A stretch of 64,000 bases of DNA, from contig CAMYOD010000037.1 of NCBI GenBank assembly GCA_947259975.1, positions 9,522 through 73,521 on the forward strand, given 5' to 3'. Position 1 is the first letter of the stretch, and each line of letters starts with the position of its first letter. The position numbers and the translations under genes are program-made. Shown piece after piece: positions 28,996 through 39,138 of this stretch. The notes under the pieces are model-generated. The model searched no databases. It worked only from the letters and a program-made list of their open reading frames with translations, and had not been told where the DNA came from. Origin of the DNA: an uncultured Gammaproteobacteria bacterium. GTDB lineage: Bacteria > Pseudomonadota > Gammaproteobacteria > HyVt-429.

Positions 28996-30063
28996 GTGCC
29001 AAAAATCGTCATCGTTGACGATCAGGGAACTGGTCGCAAAATTCTCGAGAAACTCGCTACGAGTATCGAGCGCAACGTCTCTGTGCATTCGTTTGCGAGT
29101 CCCGTCGACGCGTTGACTTGGGCGTCCAGCCACGAGCCCGATCTCATTTACACCGATTATAAGATGCCGGGCATGACCGGCGTGGAATTCACCCGCGCCC
29201 TGCGCCGGCTTCCCACCTGTGTCGATGTGCCCATCGTGGTCGTCACCTCGTTCAATGACAAGGATGTGCGCTATGGGGCCCTCGAGGCCGGGGCGACGGA
29301 CTTCTTGACCAAGCCCGTCGATCATGTCGAATTTCGCGCTCGCTCGAAGAATCTTCTCAAATTGCGGCGGCAGCAACACATTATTAAGGATCGGGCAGCA
29401 TGGCTTGAAAAGAAGGTGACCGAAGCAACCCGCGAGATCCATACCCGGGAGAAGGAAACCCTGCTGCGACTCGCCAAGGCCGGGGAATACCGTGATGAGG
29501 AGACCGGTAATCACGTATTGCGCATGGCCAAGTATTCGCGCTTAATCGCTGAGCAATTAAGCTTGCCGGAGCACGAATGTGAGCTCATCGACGTCGCGGC
29601 GCCCATGCATGATATTGGCAAGATCGGCGTCTCCGACACGATACTGCTGAAACCCGGCAAGCTTTCCGCCGACGAATTCGATTCGATGAAGGACCATGCC
29701 ACGATCGGCTATGAAATTCTCAAGGACAGTCCATCGAAGTACCTGCAGAAGGGTGCCGAAATCGCGTACGGACATCATGAGAAATTCGACGGCAGCGGTT
29801 ATCCACAACGCCTGGCCGGTGAGCTGATCCCACTTTCGGCGCGCATCGTTGCCGTCGCCGATGTTTTCGACGCGCTGACGTCGGAACGGCCTTACAAAAA
29901 GGCGTGGCCGATCCAGGATGCGCTTGAGTATCTGAAACGGGAACAGGGGGCGCACTTCGATCCCAGGCTCGTGGCAGCATTTTCTTCGAAGATTAGTGAT
30001 GTGCTTGAGATCTGCCAGAAATTCAGCGACGACGATCAGCGAGTCCATCTCGCAACGGTATAG
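28996..30063 (+). CDS. rpfG: RpfG-like REC + HD-GYP cyclic-di-GMP phosphodiesterase
   Basis: REC (IVDD, TDYKMP, TKP), ETGNHVLRM, HDIGK, HHEKFDGSGYP and RPYKKAW; adjacent to rpfC and rpfF. Confidence 0.9.
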   Translation: MPKIVIVDDQGTGRKILEKLATSIERNVSVHSFASPVDALTWASSHEPDLIYTDYKMPGMTGVEFTRALRRLPTCVDVPIVVVTSFNDKDVRYGALEAGATDFLTKPVDHVEFRARSKNLLKLRRQQHIIKDRAAWLEKKVTEATREIHTREKETLLRLAKAGEYRDEETGNHVLRMAKYSRLIAEQLSLPEHECELIDVAAPMHDIGKIGVSDTILLKPGKLSADEFDSMKDHATIGYEILKDSPSKYLQKGAEIAYGHHEKFDGSGYPQRLAGELIPLSARIVAVADVFDALTSERPYKKAWPIQDALEYLKREQGAHFDPRLVAAFSSKISDVLEICQKFSDDDQRVHLATV

Positions 30064-30066
30064 CGA

Positions 30067-32658
30067 ATGAATATTGCATCTATTCTAGGTATCGACAGAT
30101 CCGGCAGACAACGTGCGCCGCGGACGCGCACCAAGTTGCGGCACCGGCTTGCCAGCGAGACGGAGCAGGCGCTGATTCGCCTGGTCATCGCGACGATGCT
30201 GCCGCTCTACTTGTACTACGCAATCCGGCACGATCCACACGTCGCGAGATCGGGCGCAGAGTTTCTTTATGTGGGCGGCGCAGTATTTCTGGTTACCGCG
30301 GTAGTGTTGTACGTGGCGGCACGTTTCAGTCTCATTCCCAGGCATGGACTGCGGGTTGGCGGGCTGGTCATCGATTTTCTGGTGCCCACATACTGCATGT
30401 ACTTCCTGGGTGAATATGGGGCGATCGGTTACACGATCTATCTCTGGGCCGTCATTGGGCATGGTTTCCGCTTCGGACCGCGCTATCTCGCTGCCGCCGG
30501 TTTGGTGGCGATCGCGGGGTTCGTATTCATTCTGGCGACGAACCCCTATTGGCAGACCCACAGGTTTTTGGGATTGGCATTACTTATAGGTCTTGTCGCC
30601 TTGCCCGCGTTCTTTCTCGTGCTCTCGCAAAAACTGATCGAGGCGAGGAATCGGGCGCGCGAGGCGAGTCGCGCCAAGAGTCGTTTCTTCGCAAACATGA
30701 GCCACGAGATTCGCACGCCGCTCAATGCCATCATCGGGATGAGCGATTTGCTGCAGGAATCCAACCTCGATAAGGAACATCAGGATGGCTTGAGCGCGAT
30801 CAATTCCTCTGGGCACATCTTGCTTGGTCTCGTGAATAATCTGTTGGATATGAGCAAGATTGAAGCGGGCAGGCTGGTGCTGGAGGATGCTGATTTCGAT
30901 CTGCATGAGTGCGTCAAGCAAACAGTAGAGATCACTAACGGGCGGGCGCAGGAAAAAGGACTGCGCCTATCTGTACACATTACCCCGGAAACACCATCGC
31001 TGTTGCGTGGGGATCCGTTGCGCCTGCAACAAATACTGTTGAACCTTGTCGGAAACGCAATCAAGTTTACGGATGAGGGCAGTGTGAAGCTGCGAGTATC
31101 GGCCATTCGCGAGATGAAGCGGGCGGCCGTATTGCGTTTCGAGGTAATCGATACGGGAATCGGGATTCCTAAAGAACTGCAGGCGCATATTTTCGGCCGC
31201 TTTGTGCAGGCCGACGAATCCACGACCCGCCAATATGGCGGCACGGGGCTTGGGACGGCGATCGCCAAGGATCTTGTCGAACTCATGGGCGGCAAGATAG
31301 GCGTCGAAAGTGAGCCGCAGGAGGGCAGCTGCTTCTGGTTTGAGGTCGAATTTCCGATTCAGGCGTCATCGGATGCGCTCGTCGATCAGCCGGCTTTCTT
31401 GCGTGACAAGCGGGTTCTTCTGGTCGCCCCGCGAGGCAATTCCGCGGATACCGTTTCGAAGTTTTTGACGGAATGGGGAATCGGGGAATGTTCAGCAACG
31501 ACCGCGGCGCAAGGTCTCGCGAAACTGATCTCCGGGGTCGAGGCAAACAACCCATTTCACGTTGCCATCGTCATTGACGATGACAGCAATGCGTTCGCCG
31601 AAGACTTCGCCCGGGTTGTGCATTCCGAGCCTGCACTTCGTGATGCTGCGTTGATCTTGATAACGCCGGGTGGAGATAAGTCGGACCTTGAGAAGGCGCA
31701 ACTCGACGGAGTGCGTGCAACTATCTCGACAAAAATCGATAAGACATCGTTATTCAATGCGCTGCATTTCGTACAGACTGAAGAGGCCGAGCAGCCGGGT
31801 ATAACACGTCTTGCTGAACGTTATGAAAGTAAGCGGCCTGCGAGCGCACCCCGTCACATCCTGATTGCAGATGATAATGTGGTCAATCAAAAAGTAATCG
31901 GTGAAATCTTGAAGCGCGCCGGCGACCACGTGCATATCGCCGGCAACGGCGAGGAAGCGCTCGATGCGCTTGAGGAGCAGGATTTTGACCTTGTTCTCAT
32001 GGACGTGCATATGCCGGTCTTGAGCGGTCTGGACGCCGCCAAGCTCTATCAGTTTTCGGCCGTAGGCAAGGAGCGCACACCGATAATCGCGCTAACAGCG
32101 GATGTGTCAACGGATATGGGCGAGCGCTGCAAAGCGGCTGGCATGATCGGCTATCTGGTCAAGCCGATCAATCGCAAGCGTCTTCTGGAAAGTATCGATT
32201 CAGTCTTGGGCGCGCACCAAGACATGCTGGGAGAAGGCGGTGAGATATTCGAGCAAGGCCAATCGGGACAGACTACCGATGACACCACCGAGCAGCCAAT
32301 GATTGATCCCGGCACCTTGCGTGAACTGGAAGAGCTTGGCGGTGGCACTGAGTTCGTCAAGGAATTGGTGGCCGAATTCCTTAACGAAACGCGAGATTTC
32401 TTGGCTGGAATGAACGTCGCTGCGCAAGAGCAAGATGCCGAACGGCTTTGGAGTCTGAATCACGCACTGAAAAACAGTTTCGCGTCCGTAGGCGCGACCC
32501 GACTGCTGGCAAAGTGCCGTGACTTTGAGCACGAGGATCGACAGGACATAATCGCAATCGCGCGCCAACACATCATTGAGCTAGAGCGCAATATGACCAC
32601 GCTGCGTAACGAACTGAGCGAGGTTGCGCTGCAACGCCAAAACGTCAAGGTCCGATAG
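30067..32658 (+). CDS. rpfC: RpfC-like hybrid sensor kinase (TM-HisKA-HATPase-degenerate REC-REC-HPt)
   Basis: About 5 TM with EQALIRL and LWAVIGHGFRFG; H-box MSHEIRTPLN; N, G1, F and G2 boxes; REC DVHMP; HPt HALKNS. Confidence 0.88.
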   Translation: MNIASILGIDRSGRQRAPRTRTKLRHRLASETEQALIRLVIATMLPLYLYYAIRHDPHVARSGAEFLYVGGAVFLVTAVVLYVAARFSLIPRHGLRVGGLVIDFLVPTYCMYFLGEYGAIGYTIYLWAVIGHGFRFGPRYLAAAGLVAIAGFVFILATNPYWQTHRFLGLALLIGLVALPAFFLVLSQKLIEARNRAREASRAKSRFFANMSHEIRTPLNAIIGMSDLLQESNLDKEHQDGLSAINSSGHILLGLVNNLLDMSKIEAGRLVLEDADFDLHECVKQTVEITNGRAQEKGLRLSVHITPETPSLLRGDPLRLQQILLNLVGNAIKFTDEGSVKLRVSAIREMKRAAVLRFEVIDTGIGIPKELQAHIFGRFVQADESTTRQYGGTGLGTAIAKDLVELMGGKIGVESEPQEGSCFWFEVEFPIQASSDALVDQPAFLRDKRVLLVAPRGNSADTVSKFLTEWGIGECSATTAAQGLAKLISGVEANNPFHVAIVIDDDSNAFAEDFARVVHSEPALRDAALILITPGGDKSDLEKAQLDGVRATISTKIDKTSLFNALHFVQTEEAEQPGITRLAERYESKRPASAPRHILIADDNVVNQKVIGEILKRAGDHVHIAGNGEEALDALEEQDFDLVLMDVHMPVLSGLDAAKLYQFSAVGKERTPIIALTADVSTDMGERCKAAGMIGYLVKPINRKRLLESIDSVLGAHQDMLGEGGEIFEQGQSGQTTDDTTEQPMIDPGTLRELEELGGGTEFVKELVAEFLNETRDFLAGMNVAAQEQDAERLWSLNHALKNSFASVGATRLLAKCRDFEHEDRQDIIAIARQHIIELERNMTTLRNELSEVALQRQNVKVR

Positions 32659-32682
32659 CGGGCTTGGCGCAAGCCAAGCCCG
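32659..32682. terminator. Hairpin between the convergent rpfC and rpfF genes
   Basis: Perfect 10-bp stem CGGGCTTGGC-GCAA-GCCAAGCCCG; no clear U-tract. Confidence 0.55.
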
Positions 32683-32699
32683 GGATTATCGGATTGCTG

Positions 32700-33599
32700 T
32701 TAGACCGCCTCGCGTGCGGGAATCTGAGGGAATGTGTCGCGGCGGGCTCGTTCCTGTGCCTTAAGTAGCCGTTCCATCTTGCGCGTATCCTTATCAGTTA
32801 GATTCATTGCCGCATCCGCCCACACGCCGGCAATCTCAATCAATTCGTCGTAGGTGATTGGACTGCAGACGCGTCGCGCCTTATCGATGGCAAGATATGA
32901 ATTCTGTTTTGATGCGACACGCCGAATATAGTCGCGCACCGTGGCGACTGCTTCGCCGGGATCGGCAACGGCGTCGATTACACCCATCTCGTGCAATTGA
33001 TCCGCATCATAGAGCCGGCCACTCAAAAGAAGATCTTGCGCCCGCTTGATATTCATTCGCTTGGCCAACAGACTGTATGCGCCAACGCCCGGAAAAAGAT
33101 TAAACAGGATTTCGGGAAAACCGAGTTGGGCACCGCGTTCGGCTACGATAAAGCTGCTCGATAGCGCGGCCTCCAGCCCGCCGCCAAGCGCATCACCGCG
33201 AATCATCGATATCGTAGTAATCGGCAGGTCGAGCGCGTTCAGATTTGCGTGTAGTACGTCCACGCACAGTCGCGCATAATCGAAGAGCGAATCACGTTCG
33301 CGGTTACGGACGCTGGACAAAACATAGGCCAGATCGCCGCCAAGATTAAACACATCCGGATACGCGGACGCATATACCATGAAGCGTACGGGCCGAGATT
33401 GGCCTTCGTGCTCAACTGTCCCGCCCTGGTCCTTGATATGGCGTTGCAGCTCACGAATCTCCCGGACCATTTCCTGCATCATGCATGGTCGTGGTTTCGG
33501 GTTCATGTAGTACCACAATGTTCCCGAATCGGGGTCGAAACGCGTGATTACTTGGTCGTAAAGTGTGGTCCGTGAATCGGATTTGGCGACTATCTGCAT
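32700..33599 (-). CDS. rpfF: RpfF-like DSF synthase (crotonase/enoyl-CoA hydratase family)
   Basis: MNPKPRPC, VFNLGGDL, ALGGGLEAALS and GFPEILFNLFPG; both catalytic Glu present; convergent with rpfC as in Xanthomonas. Confidence 0.9.
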   Translation of the reverse strand: MQIVAKSDSRTTLYDQVITRFDPDSGTLWYYMNPKPRPCMMQEMVREIRELQRHIKDQGGTVEHEGQSRPVRFMVYASAYPDVFNLGGDLAYVLSSVRNRERDSLFDYARLCVDVLHANLNALDLPITTISMIRGDALGGGLEAALSSSFIVAERGAQLGFPEILFNLFPGVGAYSLLAKRMNIKRAQDLLLSGRLYDADQLHEMGVIDAVADPGEAVATVRDYIRRVASKQNSYLAIDKARRVCSPITYDELIEIAGVWADAAMNLTDKDTRKMERLLKAQERARRDTFPQIPAREAV

Positions 33600-34032
33600 C
33601 TTCCCGTCTCCTTGATGCCCGTGCGGACAGGTCCGCGTTGGTGAGTGAACTCGCTGTATGTCACTAATGACTCATGATTGTGCTGACGATGCGCTCCGTG
33701 ATGCAAAGCACGGTTCACCTGCAATCCTGTCTGTTATCCCCCACTTGCCAAGTGTCCTGCAACACGGACCGTCCGAAACCGCATACACTTCGTCGGAACG
33801 GCCATTAGTTTTTCTTAGGCCGGACATAATATCTCAAATGATCTAAATATCACTAACCAGGCCTGCGCCCGGGCGTTGCGCGAAGCCGTTGCGGCGGCGC
33901 CCAGGGCCCACCGCGTGCGGGCGGCGTCCGCGTGGGGCGGTCCAGTAGGATTTTCTAATATTCCTTGCAACTGGCAGCTTAGCTGGTATTTTTGGTCGCG
34001 GTCAGAGCACGGCATCGCGTCGGCTGCGGGAA

Positions 34033-34080
34033 TGTGAGCGCGGTCACGGAAGCGGGCGGTGTATGATGCTTAAATACAAT
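34033..34080 (+). promoter_or_regulatory. CRP/Clp-like box plus -10 element upstream of the second rpfC
   Basis: AA-TGTGA-gcgcgg-TCACG (34033-34048) and TACAAT at 34075; same 42-bp offset as at rpfG. Confidence 0.65.
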
Positions 34081-34166
34081 TGGCCCATGCGTCGATTTAG
34101 CGCAACTGCCCGGCTCCGACAGGCCACGCACGCCGGTGGGTTGTAGCCAGAAATATATGACTTGGA

Positions 34167-36749
34167 GTGTCAGAGTTCATGTTGTCACCGCTTAGCGTTC
34201 TCAATCCCGACAGCACGCATCGTGACGAGTCGGACAAGTATCAGGCCATTCTCAGGCTGTGTATCGGCGGCGTCGTATTCCTGTATGTCGTCTATCTCTT
34301 TGGTGTAAGTGCGGATGTGTCGACGGTGGGAGGTCGCGCCACCATCGCCTGTATCGCCTACTTGCTGTTCGCCGGCGCGCAACTCTTCTGGCTTAAGCTG
34401 CATCCCGGATCGGCATTGCTGCGCCGGATTCTCGGCATGAGCGTGGATATCCTCGCCACGACCTACGGCCTCATGGTGGCTGGTGAGGCGGGATCCGTAT
34501 TCTTTCCTCTGTATCTTTGGCTGATCATCGGCAACGGCATCCGTTTCGGCGAGCGTTTTCTTTTCGGCGGTGCGTTACTCAGTGCCGCTGCATTTGCGCT
34601 GGTGCTGACCCAGAATGCCTATTGGATTGAAAATCGATATCTCGGTGGCGCGCTTTTCGTCAGTCTGTTGGCGATACCGGCGTTTGTGGCTATTTTGCTG
34701 CGCGCCTTGAGGCGCGCGCGGGATACCGCCGAGGCGATCAGTAAAGCCAAGACCGAGTTTTTCACTAACATCAGTCGCCAGATCAAGGGACCACTCAATG
34801 GTGTGATTGGCGTGAGCGATCTGCTCAAGGGCACACAGCTCAATCGAAAACAGCGTGATTGGGTTGAAACCATCGATGCATCCGCCGCCACGGTGCTCGA
34901 CCTTATCGACAAGGTGATCGATATCAGCAGGCTGGAGTCTGGAGAGTTAAATCTGGATCTCAGCGGCTTCGATCTAAAACATGAGTTACGCCGCGTTGCG
35001 CATATGTTTCGACCGCAGGCCGCGACCAAAGGCCTCGGATTTCAGATTGTCGTGGATCCGGCGTTGCCCCGGTTTGTGAAGGGCGACCCGTTCCGACTGC
35101 GCCAGGTCCTGGCCAATCTTACCAGTAACGCAATCAAATTTACCCAAGAAGGCAAGATCAGACTCGCGGTAAAACGTATGGACGCGGGCGGGTCAGGCGC
35201 ACAGGTACGATTCGAGATAAGCGACAGCGGAATCGGCATGACGAAGGATGCACAGGATAGGGTATTTGAGCGCTTCATGCCGACGGACCAGCGAACCACG
35301 ATGCCGTTTGCGGGTGCCGGCCTCGGTGCGGCGATCGCCAAGGAATTGGTCGAGTTGATGGGTGGCGAGATCGGCGTGCGCAGCGACGTGGGTGTGGGAA
35401 CCACATTTTGGTTTGAGTTGCAGTTCGATTATCAGCCGGAAGCGCGGGAAGGTTTGTCCGAGCTGACGTCACAACAGCCGACGCGCGCTTTGATCATCGG
35501 GTCGGCCGCACGTGAGGTGGAGGCGATATCCGGTTTTCTCAGAGGCTGGGACATCGAAGTCGAGCATGCGATGGTGTTGGTGCATGGCTTCGAGCGCTTG
35601 CTTAGCGCCTCATTACATAACCTGCCTTTCGATGTGGTGGTCATTATCGGCGACGACAGCGACCTGTCTACGCCTCAGATCAGGGCGCTTCTGCGCCAGG
35701 ATGCGCACATCCGCGAGCCCTTGTTTATACGGGTACTCGAGCACGAATCACTCAGCGATACCGCTGTGGGCGCGGATTTGGACGGCCACGTGGTGCTGGG
35801 TGCGCCGGTGAATAAGTCGGAGTTGTTCCGCGCCATCAACATGTCGCATCTATCTGATTGGATGGAGGAAGTCACACCGAATCTGGTGGATTTTCAGAAG
35901 GCGGCGCAGGCGTCACGCGAGGATCGCAGCGGACCGCTCGAGATCCTGGTGGCGGAAGACAATGTCACCAATCAGACCGTGATCACCAAGATGCTCGAGC
36001 AGAAAGGCCACCGGGTCACAGTCGCTGAGAACGGCGAGATCGCACTGGATGCACTTGCGCATCAACGATTCGATCTGTTCCTGGTCGATCTGCATATGCC
36101 GGATATGAGCGGTTATGACGTGGTCAAGTTGTACCGGCTTAAACATTCCGAGGATGGCCAGACCCTTCCGATCGTTGCGCTCACTGCCGACACGACGATT
36201 GAGGCGCGGACCCGGTGCGCATTAGCAGGCCTTGATGGCGTGTTGTACAAGCCGGTGCGACCGCGCGAGCTGGATATTTTGCTCGACTCCCTCGATCTCA
36301 CGCCGAGAAGTGCGCCACGGGTGAGTGAGTTCGACGCGGTGGTAACAACGGATGAAGTGAAAGAGCCTGCCGTGGCTGATGAACTCGGGGACGGCGAAGA
36401 CTTTTTTGATATCGAGGTGTTGCGAGATCTGGAACGCCTGGAAGATGATGATGAATTTATTATCGAATTTCTCGGCACCTTCATGAGCGAGTCACGCCGC
36501 TTGATCGATCAGATCCAGCAGGCCGCGCAACAGTGCGAAGTTGTTCGCTTCCGCGACGCAATTCACGCCCTCAAGGGCAGCGCCGCCAATGTAGGCGCCA
36601 AGTCGCTTTCAGAATGTTGTGGGATTCTGCAGGAGATTGATGCCGAACAGTTCCTGTTGAATCGGACCAGCTATATGGACGAGGTTGCGCGGGAGTATGC
36701 GCGGGCGCGGGAATACATAAAGGCATACTTGCAACAGTATGCGGCATGA
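34167..36749 (+). CDS. Second RpfC-like hybrid sensor lacking the H-box histidine (pseudokinase)
   Basis: Same architecture as rpfC (LWLIIGNGIRFG); H-box reads ISRQIKGPLN; REC DLHMP and HPt HALKGS intact. The start may be ATG 34179. Confidence 0.87.
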   Translation: MSEFMLSPLSVLNPDSTHRDESDKYQAILRLCIGGVVFLYVVYLFGVSADVSTVGGRATIACIAYLLFAGAQLFWLKLHPGSALLRRILGMSVDILATTYGLMVAGEAGSVFFPLYLWLIIGNGIRFGERFLFGGALLSAAAFALVLTQNAYWIENRYLGGALFVSLLAIPAFVAILLRALRRARDTAEAISKAKTEFFTNISRQIKGPLNGVIGVSDLLKGTQLNRKQRDWVETIDASAATVLDLIDKVIDISRLESGELNLDLSGFDLKHELRRVAHMFRPQAATKGLGFQIVVDPALPRFVKGDPFRLRQVLANLTSNAIKFTQEGKIRLAVKRMDAGGSGAQVRFEISDSGIGMTKDAQDRVFERFMPTDQRTTMPFAGAGLGAAIAKELVELMGGEIGVRSDVGVGTTFWFELQFDYQPEAREGLSELTSQQPTRALIIGSAAREVEAISGFLRGWDIEVEHAMVLVHGFERLLSASLHNLPFDVVVIIGDDSDLSTPQIRALLRQDAHIREPLFIRVLEHESLSDTAVGADLDGHVVLGAPVNKSELFRAINMSHLSDWMEEVTPNLVDFQKAAQASREDRSGPLEILVAEDNVTNQTVITKMLEQKGHRVTVAENGEIALDALAHQRFDLFLVDLHMPDMSGYDVVKLYRLKHSEDGQTLPIVALTADTTIEARTRCALAGLDGVLYKPVRPRELDILLDSLDLTPRSAPRVSEFDAVVTTDEVKEPAVADELGDGEDFFDIEVLRDLERLEDDDEFIIEFLGTFMSESRRLIDQIQQAAQQCEVVRFRDAIHALKGSAANVGAKSLSECCGILQEIDAEQFLLNRTSYMDEVAREYARAREYIKAYLQQYAA

Positions 36750-36767
36750 CGGATTGACCCGTCGCGC

Positions 36768-37625
36768 TCAGAACAACTCAAGCAACGCCGTCGCCGCATT
36801 GGTCAGCACCCGCTCGCGGTGATGTACGGTGCCCAGGGCACGATTGAGGGTGACGCCGGATACCTTCACCGCGTGGAGTTCTTTATCGAGCATCGTGCGC
36901 GGCAGTGCGCTCCAACCCAGTCCCACCGTCACCAGCATCTTGATGGTTTCCAGATAGTTCGTTTCCATCGTTACCCGCGCCTGTACATGTGATCGCGCCA
37001 GGGTGCGTTCGACCAGGTCCCGGGTAAAAGTGCCGGCACCGGGCAGGATGGCCGGTTGCCGGGTGAGGACAGCCGCGGAGACGCCGGCCTTCTTGCTAAA
37101 GGGGTGATCCCTGGCGACCACGATGTCCAGCGGGTCCTGCCATACCTTATTCACCACCAGGTTCGCCGGTGGCTCGAGGGGCAGCGTGACCACGCCCACT
37201 TCCAGGTCGCCGTGATCCACCGCCTGACAGACGGCCTCCGAGCCCATGAAGCGGAGCTGCAGATCCACCTCCGGGTAGCGGTGGATGAAGGTCCGCAAAA
37301 TCGGCGCTAGCCGGTGCAGACCGATATGATGGCTGGTGCCGAGGTGCAGGCGGCCGGCGACGCGATCGCTGAGGTTCTGTACCACCCGGCCCGCGTCATC
37401 CAGGTCCGCCAACAGCTGCCGCGCCCGCGGGAGCAGGGCCTGCCCGGCCTCCGTCAACGAAATCCGCCGGCCGATACGATTAAACAGGCGCGCGCCGAGC
37501 GCGTGCTCGAGGGCCGCGATCCGTTTACTCACCGCGGGCTGGGTGAGCTGGAGCTGGTCCGCGGCCCGGGAAAAGGAGTCGGTGTCGGCAACCGCCACGA
37601 AAGCCGCGAGCGCAGGGCTATCCAT
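36768..37625 (-). CDS. LysR family transcriptional regulator divergent from leuC
   Basis: HTH SFSRAADQLQLTQPAVSKRI and GTSHHIGLHRL. Confidence 0.93.
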   Translation of the reverse strand: MDSPALAAFVAVADTDSFSRAADQLQLTQPAVSKRIAALEHALGARLFNRIGRRISLTEAGQALLPRARQLLADLDDAGRVVQNLSDRVAGRLHLGTSHHIGLHRLAPILRTFIHRYPEVDLQLRFMGSEAVCQAVDHGDLEVGVVTLPLEPPANLVVNKVWQDPLDIVVARDHPFSKKAGVSAAVLTRQPAILPGAGTFTRDLVERTLARSHVQARVTMETNYLETIKMLVTVGLGWSALPRTMLDKELHAVKVSGVTLNRALGTVHHRERVLTNAATALLELF

Positions 37626-37718
37626 AACTAATTAGAATGTAAGTAATAATTAATATGAATTTGAGTAATTATACAGCGCTGGACTAAAATTGCTAATGGC
37701 TTTACGAGGTTACGGTTC
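37626..37718. promoter_or_regulatory. AT-rich divergent LysR/leuC control region
   Basis: Very AT-rich 93-bp gap with T-N11-A candidates (e.g. TAACTAATTAGAA) next to the LysR start. Confidence 0.55.
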
Positions 37719-39122
37719 ATGGCAGGTAAGACACTCTACGACAAGATTTGGGACGCGCACCGGGTGCGGCAGGATCCGGACGGCACGACCCTGCTCTATA
37801 TCGATCGGCACCTGGTGCACGAGGTGACCTCACCGCAGGCCTTCGAAGGTCTGCGCGTGGCAGGCCGGGCGCCGTGGCGGATCGATGCCAATCTGGCGGT
37901 ACCGGATCACAATGTGCCGACGCAGGATCGCGCCCAGGGCATCGCCGACCCGATCTCGCGCTTACAGGTCGAGACCCTGGATGGCAACTGCGTGGATTTC
38001 GGCATCACCGAATTCGCCATGAATGATGTGCGTCAGGGCATCGTGCATGTCATCGGGCCGGAGCAGGGCGCCACCCTGCCCGGGATGACCGTGGTCTGTG
38101 GTGACTCGCACACCTCCACACACGGTGCGCTGGGCGCGCTGGCGTTTGGTATTGGCACCTCGGAGGTCGAGCATGTGCTTGCAACCCAGTGCCTGATCCA
38201 GAAAAAGGCCAAGAACATGCGCGTGCGCGTGGATGGGACCCTGCCGCCGCGGGTGAGCGGTAAAGACGTGATTCTTGCCGTTATCGGTGAGATCGGTACC
38301 GCCGGCGGGACCGGACACACCATCGAATTCGCCGGCTCGGTGATTCGCGATTTGTCCCTCGAGGCGCGTATGACGGTCTGTAATATGACCATCGAAGCCG
38401 GCGCTCGCGCCGGCCTGGTGGCAGTCGATGACAAGACCATCGATTATGTGCGCGGCCGACCTTACGCGCCGCAGGGCGACTTGTGGGAGCAGGCGGTGAC
38501 CGCCTGGCGCAAACTGCGCTCCGACCCAGACGCGATTTTCGATCGCGAGATCGTCCTTGATGCCGCCACGATCCGCCCGCAGGTGTCCTGGGGCACGTCA
38601 CCGGAGATGGTGGCCGCGGTGGACGGCGTCGTCCCCGACCCGGCGCAGGAAGCGGACCCGGTGAAACGATCCGGCATCGAGCAGGCCCTGGCCTATATGG
38701 ACCTGCGCCCGCACACCGCCATCACTGATATTCGTCCGAACAAGATCTTTATCGGTTCCTGCACGAACTCCCGCATCGAAGATCTGCGCGCCGCCGCGGA
38801 CGTCGTGCGCGGACAGCGTATCGCCGAGAGCATCGATTTGGCGATGGTCGTGCCGGGGTCCGGCCTCGTGAAACAGCAGGCGGAGCACGAGGGTCTGGAT
38901 CGCGTATTTACCGACGCGGGATTCGAGTGGCGCGAACCGGGCTGCTCCATGTGCCTGGCGATGAACGCCGACCGTCTGGAGCCCGGCGAACGCTGCGCCT
39001 CCACGTCGAACCGGAATTTCGAGGGTCGCCAGGGGCAGGGTGGACGCACCCATCTGGTCTCGCCGGCCATGGCCGCCGCCGCCGCGGTCGCCGGGCATTT
39101 TGTCGATATTACGGCGTTATAA
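37719..39122 (+). CDS. leuC: 3-isopropylmalate dehydratase large subunit
   Basis: [29 protein letters not shown] and [12 protein letters not shown]. Confidence 0.98.
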   Translation: MAGKTLYDKIWDAHRVRQDPDGTTLLYIDRHLVHEVTSPQAFEGLRVAGRAPWRIDANLAVPDHNVPTQDRAQGIADPISRLQVETLDGNCVDFGITEFAMNDVRQGIVHVIGPEQGATLPGMTVVCGDSHTSTHGALGALAFGIGTSEVEHVLATQCLIQKKAKNMRVRVDGTLPPRVSGKDVILAVIGEIGTAGGTGHTIEFAGSVIRDLSLEARMTVCNMTIEAGARAGLVAVDDKTIDYVRGRPYAPQGDLWEQAVTAWRKLRSDPDAIFDREIVLDAATIRPQVSWGTSPEMVAAVDGVVPDPAQEADPVKRSGIEQALAYMDLRPHTAITDIRPNKIFIGSCTNSRIEDLRAAADVVRGQRIAESIDLAMVVPGSGLVKQQAEHEGLDRVFTDAGFEWREPGCSMCLAMNADRLEPGERCASTSNRNFEGRQGQGGRTHLVSPAMAAAAAVAGHFVDITAL

Positions 39123-39138
39123 GGGAGACGCAGCGAAT

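Noticed and set aside
33658..34015. Short ORFs between rpfF and the second rpfC
   Set aside because: 62-66 aa, no SD or recognisable motif; more likely divergent promoter DNA.
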